The notes under the pieces were generated by a model. It had not been told where the DNA came from. It did no database searches and was given only the letters and a program-made list of their open reading frames with translations. A program made the translations under genes and the position numbers. 64,000 bases of DNA from an uncultured Gemmatimonadaceae bacterium (GTDB taxonomy: Bacteria > Gemmatimonadota > Gemmatimonadetes > Gemmatimonadales > Gemmatimonadaceae): assembly GCA_963740355.1 (NCBI GenBank), contig CAVUDW010000002.1, forward strand, positions 896,001 through 960,000, in the 5' to 3' direction. Shown one piece after another: positions 48,752 through 57,273 of this stretch. The number at the start of each line of letters is the position of its first letter. The first letter of the stretch is position 1.

Positions 48752-50238
48752 TGCGCTCCGTTCTCGCGCTCGACCAGGGCACCACCGGATCGACAGCACT
48801 CGTGATCTCGGCCGACGGCCGTGTGCTCGGTCGCGGCTATCGTGAGTTCGCGCAGCATTTCCCGCAGCCGGGCTGGGTGGAACACGAACCCGCCGACTTG
48901 CTGCGCGCCACGCTCGATGCCGCGCGCGAGGCCCTCGCCGCGGCATCGGTGACGCCGGAATGCATAGGTATCACCAATCAGCGGGAGACGGTGGTGGTGT
49001 GGGACAAGGCGACCGGTGTGCCCGTGCATCGCGCAATCGTCTGGCAGGACCGTCGCACGGCCGATCGCTGTGTTGCACTGGCTGGCTCGAAGGACTTCAT
49101 CGCGCAACGCACCGGGCTGGTGCTGGACGCGTATTTCAGCGCCACCAAGATCGAATGGCTGCTGCGAAGCAACGGTGGCCTGATGAAGCGCGCGATCAAT
49201 GGCGAACTGCTGGCGGGCACGGTGGACAGCTGGCTCATCTGGCAGCTGACCGATGGCGCGGTGCACGCCACCGATCCCACCAATGCCAGCCGCACGATGT
49301 TGTACGACATCGACAAACACGCGTGGAGTGACGAACTCTGCGAGTTGTTCGGCGTACCGAAGCAGATGCTGCCCGAGGTGCGCACGTCGCGCGGCGACTT
49401 CGGTGTGGCCAGCGCTCGCCATCTTGGCGTGGCACTGCCGATCACCGGTGTGGCCGGCGATCAGCAATCGGCGTTGTTCGGGCAAGGATGCGTGGCGCCT
49501 GGTGAGGCCAAGAACACCTACGGCACCGGCGCGTTCATGCTGATGAACACAGGCACCAAGCGCCCCAGCCGTGGCGACGGACTGCTGACCACGATCGCCT
49601 GTGATGCCGATGGCGGTCCGTGCTACGCACTCGAGGCCGCGATCTTCATCGCCGGTGCGGCTGTGCAGTGGATTCGGGATGGACTGGGCCTGATCTCGAC
49701 GGCGGCCGAGACCGAGGCCATGGCCAGCGGCCTCTCCTCGAACGACGGCGTCTACTTCGTGCCTGCGCTGACCGGGCTGGGGGCGCCGCATTGGGAAGCT
49801 GAGGCGCGTGGCACGCTGCTTGGGCTGACGCGCGGGACCACCCGTGCGCACATCGTCCGGGCCGCACTGGAGGCGATGGCGTTCGGGACTGCCGACGTGA
49901 TGCAATCGATGCAGACCCGCAGCGGGGTCGTGCTCGACGCCCTCCGGGTCGACGGCGGGGCGGCCAACAACGGCTGGCTGATGCAGTTTCAGGCGGATGT
50001 GCTAGGGGTCCCAGTCGAGAAGCCGGCGATGGTGGAGACCACCGCGCTTGGCGCCGCGGGGCTGGCGGGCCTGCATACGGGCGTCTGGACCTCGGCGACC
50101 GAGTTCCGGGCGGCGCAGCGCGTGTCGGTGGTGACACCCGGTGCCGGCGCGGCCGATGCACGGACCGCCTACATCGGGTGGCACCGCGCCGTGCGCGCCG
50201 CGCTGGGCTGGGCGCGTGACGAGGCACGCGCCCAGTGA
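48751..50238 (+). CDS. glpK: Glycerol kinase
   Basis: DQGTTGS, ITNQRET, WQDRRT, TNASRTML, GDQQSALFGQ, KNTYGTG, VDGG. Confidence 0.92.
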   Translation: MRSVLALDQGTTGSTALVISADGRVLGRGYREFAQHFPQPGWVEHEPADLLRATLDAAREALAAASVTPECIGITNQRETVVVWDKATGVPVHRAIVWQDRRTADRCVALAGSKDFIAQRTGLVLDAYFSATKIEWLLRSNGGLMKRAINGELLAGTVDSWLIWQLTDGAVHATDPTNASRTMLYDIDKHAWSDELCELFGVPKQMLPEVRTSRGDFGVASARHLGVALPITGVAGDQQSALFGQGCVAPGEAKNTYGTGAFMLMNTGTKRPSRGDGLLTTIACDADGGPCYALEAAIFIAGAAVQWIRDGLGLISTAAETEAMASGLSSNDGVYFVPALTGLGAPHWEAEARGTLLGLTRGTTRAHIVRAALEAMAFGTADVMQSMQTRSGVVLDALRVDGGAANNGWLMQFQADVLGVPVEKPAMVETTALGAAGLAGLHTGVWTSATEFRAAQRVSVVTPGAGAADARTAYIGWHRAVRAALGWARDEARAQ

Positions 50239-50244
50239 CGATCG

Positions 50245-50604
50245 CTACGGCCTGACGTTGAAGCGGGCCTGATACACCGTCGTGTCGCTCGGACCGAATA
50301 CGACGCGACGGTTATCGCTTTGCTGGAACTCGAACTCGCCGTTCACCGTGAACTTCACTTCGGTCTGCAGGTAGCCGGTGTGGTACGTCACCGCCACGCG
50401 GAAGAGCGAATCCTTCATGACCTGCGTCATCGCGAGGTCCTGACTCCACTGCAGCGGCTTGTCGCCGCCGCGCACACCAACCGTGCGCACGTTCGGGATG
50501 CCGCTGACATCGATCATGTAGACGACGGTCTTGTCGTAGGCGGGCTGCACGCACGCGGTGAGCATGGAGAGCGCGGCGACAGGAACAAGGCAGCGGCGCA
50601 TCAC
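50245..50604 (-). CDS. Small lipoprotein, possibly CBM20-like beta-sandwich
   Basis: Lipobox LTAC; VRGG..PLQW...EVKF....FE....NR pattern; overlaps the DoxX stop. Confidence 0.6.
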   Translation of the reverse strand: MMRRCLVPVAALSMLTACVQPAYDKTVVYMIDVSGIPNVRTVGVRGGDKPLQWSQDLAMTQVMKDSLFRVAVTYHTGYLQTEVKFTVNGEFEFQQSDNRRVVFGPSDTTVYQARFNVRP

Positions 50605-51086
50605 CGGGCCCTCGAGGTCAGGAGGGCGTCAACGCTGAAGCGGCCCGCGCCAAGCACCAGTGAGTAAAGGCCGACCCACAGGAAACCGGTGGCCGGGAGC
50701 ATGCTCCACATGCCGTTATTCCACTGCTGCCCGAAGACGGCCACCAGCATGGTGCCGGCGATCAGCAGTCCGGTGATCCGGGTCTGGAAGCCGAGCATCA
50801 AGAGAATTCCGCCAATCCCTTCGCTGGCAGCACCGATCCACGCGAACGTCCCTGGCATCAGCGCGAACGGGCCGCCAAAGGCGCTGACGTCGTTCGGAAA
50901 CCAGTACGCGACCTCGAAAAGTCGAAGGTTGTTTTCCGGCGGAGACCAGGGGAGTCCGAACTTGGGAGCCCCGAATTCCTTGGTCAGCAGGTACCCGCAG
51001 ATCAGTCTCGGGATGAGGATCAGGATGTCGGCGGTCCAGTGCGGGAGCGGGGCGGGGCGGGTCAGGCGGGTCAGCCAGCGGGTCAC
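50601..51086 (-). CDS. DoxX-family membrane protein
   Basis: R..C...L, SEGIGGILLMLGFQTR, GAGRFSVD; start estimated at GTG 51086. Confidence 0.8.
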   Translation of the reverse strand: MTRWLTRLTRPAPLPHWTADILILIPRLICGYLLTKEFGAPKFGLPWSPPENNLRLFEVAYWFPNDVSAFGGPFALMPGTFAWIGAASEGIGGILLMLGFQTRITGLLIAGTMLVAVFGQQWNNGMWSMLPATGFLWVGLYSLVLGAGRFSVDALLTSRAR

Positions 51087-51321
51087 GTTCGGGGGGGTAG
51101 GGGCGGAGGCAGCTTGCCGACCTCTGGTCGAAGAGGCGATGAACGCATGAGTGTGCTGGTTGGTTCGGGCGTGCCCTTCGATTGGATGCACCGCTGGCGG
51201 CCCTGCGGTCGCTATCCGCGAGGGGAACGGCGCGTCCTGCGGCAACGGCGCCAACGTGTAACCGGCGTCCGCGCCGTTCGAGCGTCTCGCCGGAGGGGAG
51301 AACAGGGGTATATTCCCCGTA

Positions 51322-51582
51322 TTGGTCGGAACCCCGATCTACCGGCTCAGGTACACGGACGTCATTGGAGAACTGGTCATTTCGACACCCGAACAGGCTG
51401 GCGACCGGAGGGCGAATCTCGTCCTTCGTGCGCTCATCGACGAGATGCTGGAGCGGGTTCGCGGGTTGAACGCCAGCCCGTCCACGATGACCACCGATGA
51501 ACGGGCGCGCGCCGAAGCGGAGCTCGAATCCATCATGGCACGAGTACGCCGGTATGCGGCGTTGCGTGACCAGCAGCAGTAA
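51322..51582 (+). CDS. Small hypothetical helical protein upstream of ccmE
   Basis: Amphipathic helical ORF (LRALIDEMLERVR...ELESIMARVRR); GGAG at 51367 suggests a later start. Confidence 0.5.
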   Translation: MVGTPIYRLRYTDVIGELVISTPEQAGDRRANLVLRALIDEMLERVRGLNASPSTMTTDERARAEAELESIMARVRRYAALRDQQQ

Positions 51583-51654
51583 CGCCGGAACCTCACAGGG
51601 GCGAACACGCGCGACCCGCGCGACCAACCCCACTTCAGCACCTCGGTTGGCCTC

Positions 51655-52134
51655 ATGAATACGCGCTCGAAGTTTATGCTTGGCGGCTTGGTGATTCTCG
51701 GCACGGCCAGTTTCCTGGCCGCCAAGAGCACCGCCGCCACCGCGCAGTTCTACCTCACGCCGCATGAGTTGGCGGAGCGACTGAAGAAGGACGACTCGTT
51801 CCGCGAAAACGGAATGAAGGTCGGCGGTCGCGTGGTGCCGGGTACGATCGTCCGCGCGCCGGGCAACAAGGAAGTCCGCTTCGTCATGCGTGACACCATG
51901 CCCAACAGCGACGCCCGCTTCACCGTGGTCTACAAGGGCATCATTCCCGACACCTTCACCGATAGCGTGGATGTGGTGGTGGAAGGGAAGCTGGATGCCG
52001 GCAACACCTTCCAGGCCACCACGCTGCTGGCCAAGTGTGCGTCGCGGTATGAGAACGCGCCTGGCAAGCCTGGCGCCGCCGGCGAACATCCGGCTGGTGT
52101 TCCCAAGGGCCCGAGCGCGGCACCGCAGACGTGA
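51655..52134 (+). CDS. ccmE: Cytochrome c maturation heme chaperone CcmE, CxxxY variant
   Basis: N-terminal TM, VGGRVVPGT, VYKGIIPDTF, VVVEG, LLAKCASRY. Confidence 0.88.
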   Translation: MNTRSKFMLGGLVILGTASFLAAKSTAATAQFYLTPHELAERLKKDDSFRENGMKVGGRVVPGTIVRAPGNKEVRFVMRDTMPNSDARFTVVYKGIIPDTFTDSVDVVVEGKLDAGNTFQATTLLAKCASRYENAPGKPGAAGEHPAGVPKGPSAAPQT

Positions 52135-54170
52135 TTCTTCTCGGAGAGTTGTCGCTCTGGGTGGCGTTGTTGATGGCCATCTGGATGACGACGGTGAGCT
52201 ATGCGGGTGGAGGCACCCGCCGCAGTGAGTTGGTGATGAGCGGACAGCGCGCGACCTACGCAACGCTCTTCTTCGTCGTGATGGCCAGCATCGGCCTCTG
52301 GACCGCGCTGTTCACGCACGACTTCTCGCTCAAGTTCGTCGCCAGCTACACCAGTGCGAACCTGCCCAAGGTCTACCTGTTCAGCGCCTTCTGGGCCGGA
52401 CAATCGGGCTCGATGCTGTTCTGGGCCCTGATCCTCGCAAGTTTCAGTGCGATCGCAGTCTTCTCGAATCGTGCGAAGAATCGTGAGCTGATGCCGTGGG
52501 TGACGGGCACGCTGGGCGTGATCCTGATCTTCTTCATCGGCACCATCATCTTCGCCGCCAATCCCTACGAACGGCTGGATTGGGTGCCGCCTGATGGCCG
52601 CGGCATGAATCCGCAGTTGCAGAATCCCGGGATGGCCATTCACCCGCCGATGCTCTATCTCGGCTGGGTCGGAACCGCGATTCCGTTCGCCTTCGCGATC
52701 GGTGCGCTCGTCACCCGTCGCCTCGACACCGACTGGCTGGCGGCGATTCGTCGCTGGAGCCTGATCAGCTGGTTCTTCCTCACCATCGGGCTGGTGCTCG
52801 GCATGTGGTGGGCGTACGTGGAACTGGGCTGGGGCGGTTACTGGGCGTGGGATCCGGTCGAGAATGCACCGCTCACGTCATGGCTCTGCCAGACGGCATT
52901 CCTGCACTCGATCATGATCCAGGAAAAGCGCGGCATGCTGCGCAAGTGGAACGTCACGCTGGTGGTGGCGGCCTTCCTGCTCAGTATCCTCGGCACTTTC
53001 CTCACGCGCAGTGGTGTGATCGAGAGTGTGCACAGCTTTGCCCAAAGCCCGATCGGCAACTACTTCTCGACGTTCCTGATCCTGATCTTCGTGGTGACGA
53101 CCATCCTCGTGATGACGCGCCTCAAGGACATGGAAGCGAAGGCACAGCTCGAGAGCATGGTCAGTCGCGAGGCGGCGTTCCTCTACAACAATCTCGTCCT
53201 CGTCGGCATTGCGTTCAGTGTGCTCTGGGGCACGCTTTTCCCGATCATCAGCGAGGCGGTACGCGGCACGAAGATCACCGTCGGCCCACCGTTCTTCAAT
53301 TCGGTGAATGTGCCGCTCGGTCTCGGCCTGCTGGCGCTCACGGGCATCGGGCCACTGATCGCCTGGCGTCGCGCGAGCATCGAGAACGTACGTCGCCAGT
53401 TCTTCTTCCCGGTGATCGCCGGGTTGGTGACGGGTGGCGTGTTGATGGCGCTTGGGATGCGCTCGTTCTACCCGATCGTGGCTTACATCCTGGTCGGATT
53501 CGTGGTCGGCACGATCTCGCAGGAGTTCTTCAAGGGCACGCGCGCGCGGATGCGCATGTACGCCGAGAATGTCGTGCTGGCGTCGTTGCGCCTGATCGGC
53601 AACAATCGCCGACGCTACGGCGGCTACATCGTGCACCTCGGTGTGGCGATGATCTTCGCGGCGTTTGCCGGCTTCGCATTCAAGAAGGAATTCGACATTT
53701 CGCTGAAGTCGGGCGAGGTGTTCAAGGCCACCGATCCATTCGGCCACAACTGGACGTTCACCAGCCAGGGCGTGAGTGAGTTCAAGCGCCTCAATCGCTA
53801 CGTCACGGCCGTTGGCCTTGCAGTGACCCGCGATGGCAAGCCGATGCCGCTGCTGAGCAGCGAGAAGCGTCAGCACGTGGACAGCAACGACCAGCCGACG
53901 TTCGAGCCGAGCACTGAGGTCGGCTTGTACGAGACCGCGATGCAGGACACGTATCTCGTCTTCAGCGGCATGATCGGGCCGGACCAGGCAGAGATGCGCC
54001 TGAGCTTCAACCCGCTCGTCTGGTGGGTCTGGTACGGCGGCATGGTGATGGCCATCGGTGGCCTGATCGTGATGTGGCCACAGGCCGAGAAGAAGCGCCA
54101 GGGCGGCTACGTGACGGTGTTGACGCCCGGGGCAGAGACGCTCGCTCCGGCGGGCGTGGGAGCGCCGTGA
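52131..54170 (+). CDS. ccmF: Heme lyase CcmF
   Basis: HPPMLYLG, WWD motif WGGYWAWDPVEN, TRSGVIESVHSFA. Confidence 0.95.
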   Translation: MILLGELSLWVALLMAIWMTTVSYAGGGTRRSELVMSGQRATYATLFFVVMASIGLWTALFTHDFSLKFVASYTSANLPKVYLFSAFWAGQSGSMLFWALILASFSAIAVFSNRAKNRELMPWVTGTLGVILIFFIGTIIFAANPYERLDWVPPDGRGMNPQLQNPGMAIHPPMLYLGWVGTAIPFAFAIGALVTRRLDTDWLAAIRRWSLISWFFLTIGLVLGMWWAYVELGWGGYWAWDPVENAPLTSWLCQTAFLHSIMIQEKRGMLRKWNVTLVVAAFLLSILGTFLTRSGVIESVHSFAQSPIGNYFSTFLILIFVVTTILVMTRLKDMEAKAQLESMVSREAAFLYNNLVLVGIAFSVLWGTLFPIISEAVRGTKITVGPPFFNSVNVPLGLGLLALTGIGPLIAWRRASIENVRRQFFFPVIAGLVTGGVLMALGMRSFYPIVAYILVGFVVGTISQEFFKGTRARMRMYAENVVLASLRLIGNNRRRYGGYIVHLGVAMIFAAFAGFAFKKEFDISLKSGEVFKATDPFGHNWTFTSQGVSEFKRLNRYVTAVGLAVTRDGKPMPLLSSEKRQHVDSNDQPTFEPSTEVGLYETAMQDTYLVFSGMIGPDQAEMRLSFNPLVWWVWYGGMVMAIGGLIVMWPQAEKKRQGGYVTVLTPGAETLAPAGVGAP

Positions 54171-54802
54171 TGTCCGATCGTGCTACGCGCAGGGATTTCC
54201 TGCGCGCCGGTGGTGCGCTGGCTGCGAGTGTCATGCTCGCTCCGCGGCTCCGCGCGCAGGAGCAGCAGGCGGGACAAGCACAGGGTGCCGCGAACATCGA
54301 GATGCCGACCACGGCGTACAAGCCGGTGTCGTTGCCGAAGAAAGTCGGTGCCAAGCCTCTCGTGGCCCAGCTGCAGCGGGATGAGCTGGAACGTGGCCTC
54401 AAGTGTGCCTGTCCCTGCAAGCTGGATGTGTTCACCTGTCGCACCACCGACTTCCAGTGTGGCATCAGCCCAGCCATGCATTCGGATGTGGTGCGGTTGA
54501 TCGAAGGTGGGTACAGCGCTGACGAGATCGTGGCCGCGTTCACCACGGTGTACGGCGAACGGGTGTTGATGGCGCCAGTCAAGGAAGGCTTCAACATCGC
54601 GGGCTATGTGGTGCCGTTCATCACGCTCGGCATCGGCGCAACGATGCTGGTCGCGCTGCTGCGCCGCTGGAAGCGCGAGACGGACGCTGCTACTCCAGCC
54701 GTGGCCTCGAAGTCGGTACTCCCCATCGACGGCGGCGCGCCCGCCGCGACCGATGAAGAATTGCGGCGCCTTGAAGCCGCGGTGCGCGGCACGACTCGAT
54801 GA
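54170..54802 (+). CDS. ccmH: CcmH-like protein with twin-arginine signal
   Basis: TRRDFL Tat motif; LKCACPC...C......C; G.SADEIVAAF...YGERVLMAP; C-terminal TM. Confidence 0.72.
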   Translation: MSDRATRRDFLRAGGALAASVMLAPRLRAQEQQAGQAQGAANIEMPTTAYKPVSLPKKVGAKPLVAQLQRDELERGLKCACPCKLDVFTCRTTDFQCGISPAMHSDVVRLIEGGYSADEIVAAFTTVYGERVLMAPVKEGFNIAGYVVPFITLGIGATMLVALLRRWKRETDAATPAVASKSVLPIDGGAPAATDEELRRLEAAVRGTTR

Positions 54803-55344
54803 ACGAATTGCTTTCCAGCAGCAGCGCCCCGTTCATCGTCGGCATTGCGCTGGCCCTGATCGCACTCGCGATCGTGCTGGCGCCGATGTTCAGCGATGAA
54901 CCTCCGGCGGAAATTCGCGCGGAGCACCGCACCACGCCGAAGCTCGAGATCGATGACGAACCGGTGCCGGGCTCCGCGATTGAAGCCCTGCGCGAAATCG
55001 AGTTCGATCGCGCGACAGGCAAGTTGTCGGATGACGATTACGACGGCATGAAGGCGAAGTACACCGTGCAGGCGCTGGTCGAACTGCGCGAGCAGGACGC
55101 GGCCTCGGAGCGCGGCGGTACTGCGGTTGGTGTGGCCCCGGCGGATGTCGCTGAGCGCTTGGTGAAGAAGTACCGGCCAGGGTCGACCATCTGCCACACG
55201 CACGGCCTGCGGCCCGAATCGGACGCGTTGTTCTGTTCAGAGTGTGGCGCATTCCTGCCTGGGAAGTGCGAGCAGTGCGGCACCGCGGTAACTGCGGCTG
55301 GCGCCCATTTCTGCACCGGCTGCGGGCACGTGCTGGCTGCGTAG
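54799..55344 (+). CDS. CcmI-N-like membrane protein with C-terminal double zinc ribbon
   Basis: N-terminal TM, LREIEFDRATGKLSDDDY, CxxH/CxxC/CxxC/CxxC. Confidence 0.65.
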   Translation: MNELLSSSSAPFIVGIALALIALAIVLAPMFSDEPPAEIRAEHRTTPKLEIDDEPVPGSAIEALREIEFDRATGKLSDDDYDGMKAKYTVQALVELREQDAASERGGTAVGVAPADVAERLVKKYRPGSTICHTHGLRPESDALFCSECGAFLPGKCEQCGTAVTAAGAHFCTGCGHVLAA

Positions 55345-55361
55345 TTTCGGCCGCGCGGCCT

Positions 55362-56588
55362 TCAAGCGCGCAACGCAGCCGATTCGGCCTCGGGCAGTTG
55401 CACCGTCAGCCAGAGCAGTGCGGCCACGAACGCCACCGCTGCCCAGAACGTCAGTGTGCCGTTCCATCCCCACGCCGCTGACATCCGTGGCACCAGCCAG
55501 ATCGACAGCACACCACCGAGGTTGCCCATCAGGTTGAGCAACCCGGCTGATGCGCCAGGATTGGCGGCGCCGATCACCGTCGCCGTGGTAAAGAACGGCG
55601 CCTCGGCGCCATTTAGGCAGGCTGAAGAGAGGCTGAGGGCCGCGATCGCCAGGAATGCACTCGGCACCGCCGCGCCGGTGAGCGCGAAGACGGTTGACCC
55701 GAGCAGGCAGGCCATCGCCACGCGTCGACGTGCGACGGTGCCACCAACGCGTCGCCCAAGGCGGTCAGCCATCGCGCCGATGATCGGTGCGCAGACGAAA
55801 CCGGCAATGCTCGGCAGGCTTGCCCACACACCGCTCGCCAGTACGGTGAATCCACGTCCCTCCGTGAGGTAGCGGAAGAACCAGAACACGAACACGAAAT
55901 ACACGGCCGAGTGCAGCAGGTAGGCGAGCGAGAGCCGCCGCAGGTTCGATTCGCGCATCAGCAGCGCGGTGCTGCGCAGTTGTGCGGCGAAGGACGAAAC
56001 CGCGACGCCCGCTGCGGGTTTGGTCGGGCGCGGCATCAATGCCAGGCACGTGACTGCGGCGGTCGCACCAAGGATCCCACTCAGCACGAAGACCGCGCGC
56101 CACCCGAACTGCTCCATCACCGGCGCCATCATCAGCGGTGCGACGGCTGCGCCGAGCGACGCCGATGAGATGTAGAACGCGTTTGCGCGCACGCGGCTTT
56201 CACTTGCGACGTATTGGCTGACGGCCATCGCGGCGACAGGGAAGACCGCTGCTTGCGAAATGCCCAGCAAGATCCGTGTGGCGACGAGTATTGCGGACGC
56301 ACCCGACAACGGCATCAGGCCGGTGGTCAGTGACGCAATGCTGCAGCCGAGCAGTGCCAGCGCGAGGGTCGTGCGTGCACCGAAGCGTTCACCGAAAAGC
56401 CCGGCCGGTACCTGCAGCAGCGCGTAGCTGAGCTGAAACCCCCAGGCCGTGATGACGCCCATGTCGGCCATGGTGAGCCCGAGCGCGGGCGCCATGCGCT
56501 CCTGCGCCACTGCGACATCGGCTCGGACCAGGTACGCGACGCCGGACGCGAGACAAAGCAGGGCGACCACACGCCAGTTGTTCTTCAC
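55362..56588 (-). CDS. MFS transporter (anion:cation symporter-like)
   Basis: About 12 TMs; YALLQVPAGLFGERFGAR; GWRAVF. Confidence 0.85.
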   Translation of the reverse strand: MKNNWRVVALLCLASGVAYLVRADVAVAQERMAPALGLTMADMGVITAWGFQLSYALLQVPAGLFGERFGARTTLALALLGCSIASLTTGLMPLSGASAILVATRILLGISQAAVFPVAAMAVSQYVASESRVRANAFYISSASLGAAVAPLMMAPVMEQFGWRAVFVLSGILGATAAVTCLALMPRPTKPAAGVAVSSFAAQLRSTALLMRESNLRRLSLAYLLHSAVYFVFVFWFFRYLTEGRGFTVLASGVWASLPSIAGFVCAPIIGAMADRLGRRVGGTVARRRVAMACLLGSTVFALTGAAVPSAFLAIAALSLSSACLNGAEAPFFTTATVIGAANPGASAGLLNLMGNLGGVLSIWLVPRMSAAWGWNGTLTFWAAVAFVAALLWLTVQLPEAESAALRA

Positions 56589-56680
56589 GCAGTGTTGTGC
56601 CGTGGGATGGATGGCGGAGCCCGCTGGCGTGCCCGGGAAGAGTGCCGCGTGGGGCTGCGCAACGCCAGTAGCTTTCGTTC

Positions 56681-57205
56681 ATGACACTTCCTGCCGGCAC
56701 TTCAGAGCATCGCGACGCGGCCGCGCGCCGCGCACCAGTGCGCGTTGCCGTCGTCGTGGTCTCCGACAAGCGCACGCTCGCGACCGACGAATCGGGGCCG
56801 CTGGCGCGTCGGTTGCTGACCGAGGCGGGCCACGACGTGACTGATTTTGCGTTGCTGCCGAACGACGAAGGAAACACGCGTGCACATGTCGCACGCCTGC
56901 TCGCGCGTGAGGATGTCGATGCGGTGATCCTTTGCGGTGGTACGGGTCTGGGCGCGAAGGATCGTACGGTCGAAGCGGTGCGCCCGCTGATCGAGAAGGA
57001 ATTGCCCGGCTTTGGCGAGCTATTCCGAATGCTCTCGTACCAGCACCAGATCGGTACCTCGTCCATCCTCACGCGCGCGCTGGCGGGCGGCGTGAGTGGC
57101 AAGCTGATTGTCTCGCTTCCGGGATCGAAGGCGGCCGTCGACCTCGCGCTGAACATGGTGCTGCTGCCGGAGCTGCAGCACCTGATGCACGAGCTGCGAC
57201 GCTGA
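56681..57205 (+). CDS. moaB: MoaB/MogA molybdenum cofactor biosynthesis protein
   Basis: VSD, DESGP, GGTG....D.TVEA, PGFGELFR, SLPGS. Confidence 0.88.
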   Translation: MTLPAGTSEHRDAAARRAPVRVAVVVVSDKRTLATDESGPLARRLLTEAGHDVTDFALLPNDEGNTRAHVARLLAREDVDAVILCGGTGLGAKDRTVEAVRPLIEKELPGFGELFRMLSYQHQIGTSSILTRALAGGVSGKLIVSLPGSKAAVDLALNMVLLPELQHLMHELRR

Positions 57206-57273
57206 ACGTCGCGATGCAGTAGCACACACCCGAGTGCGCACGGCCAGCATCGTGCGCACTCGGGCAAGCGTCG

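Noticed and set aside
47714..50238. mtnA-glpK overlap as a novel methylthioribose kinase pathway
   Set aside because: The kinase has canonical glycerol kinase motifs throughout; adjacency alone is insufficient evidence.
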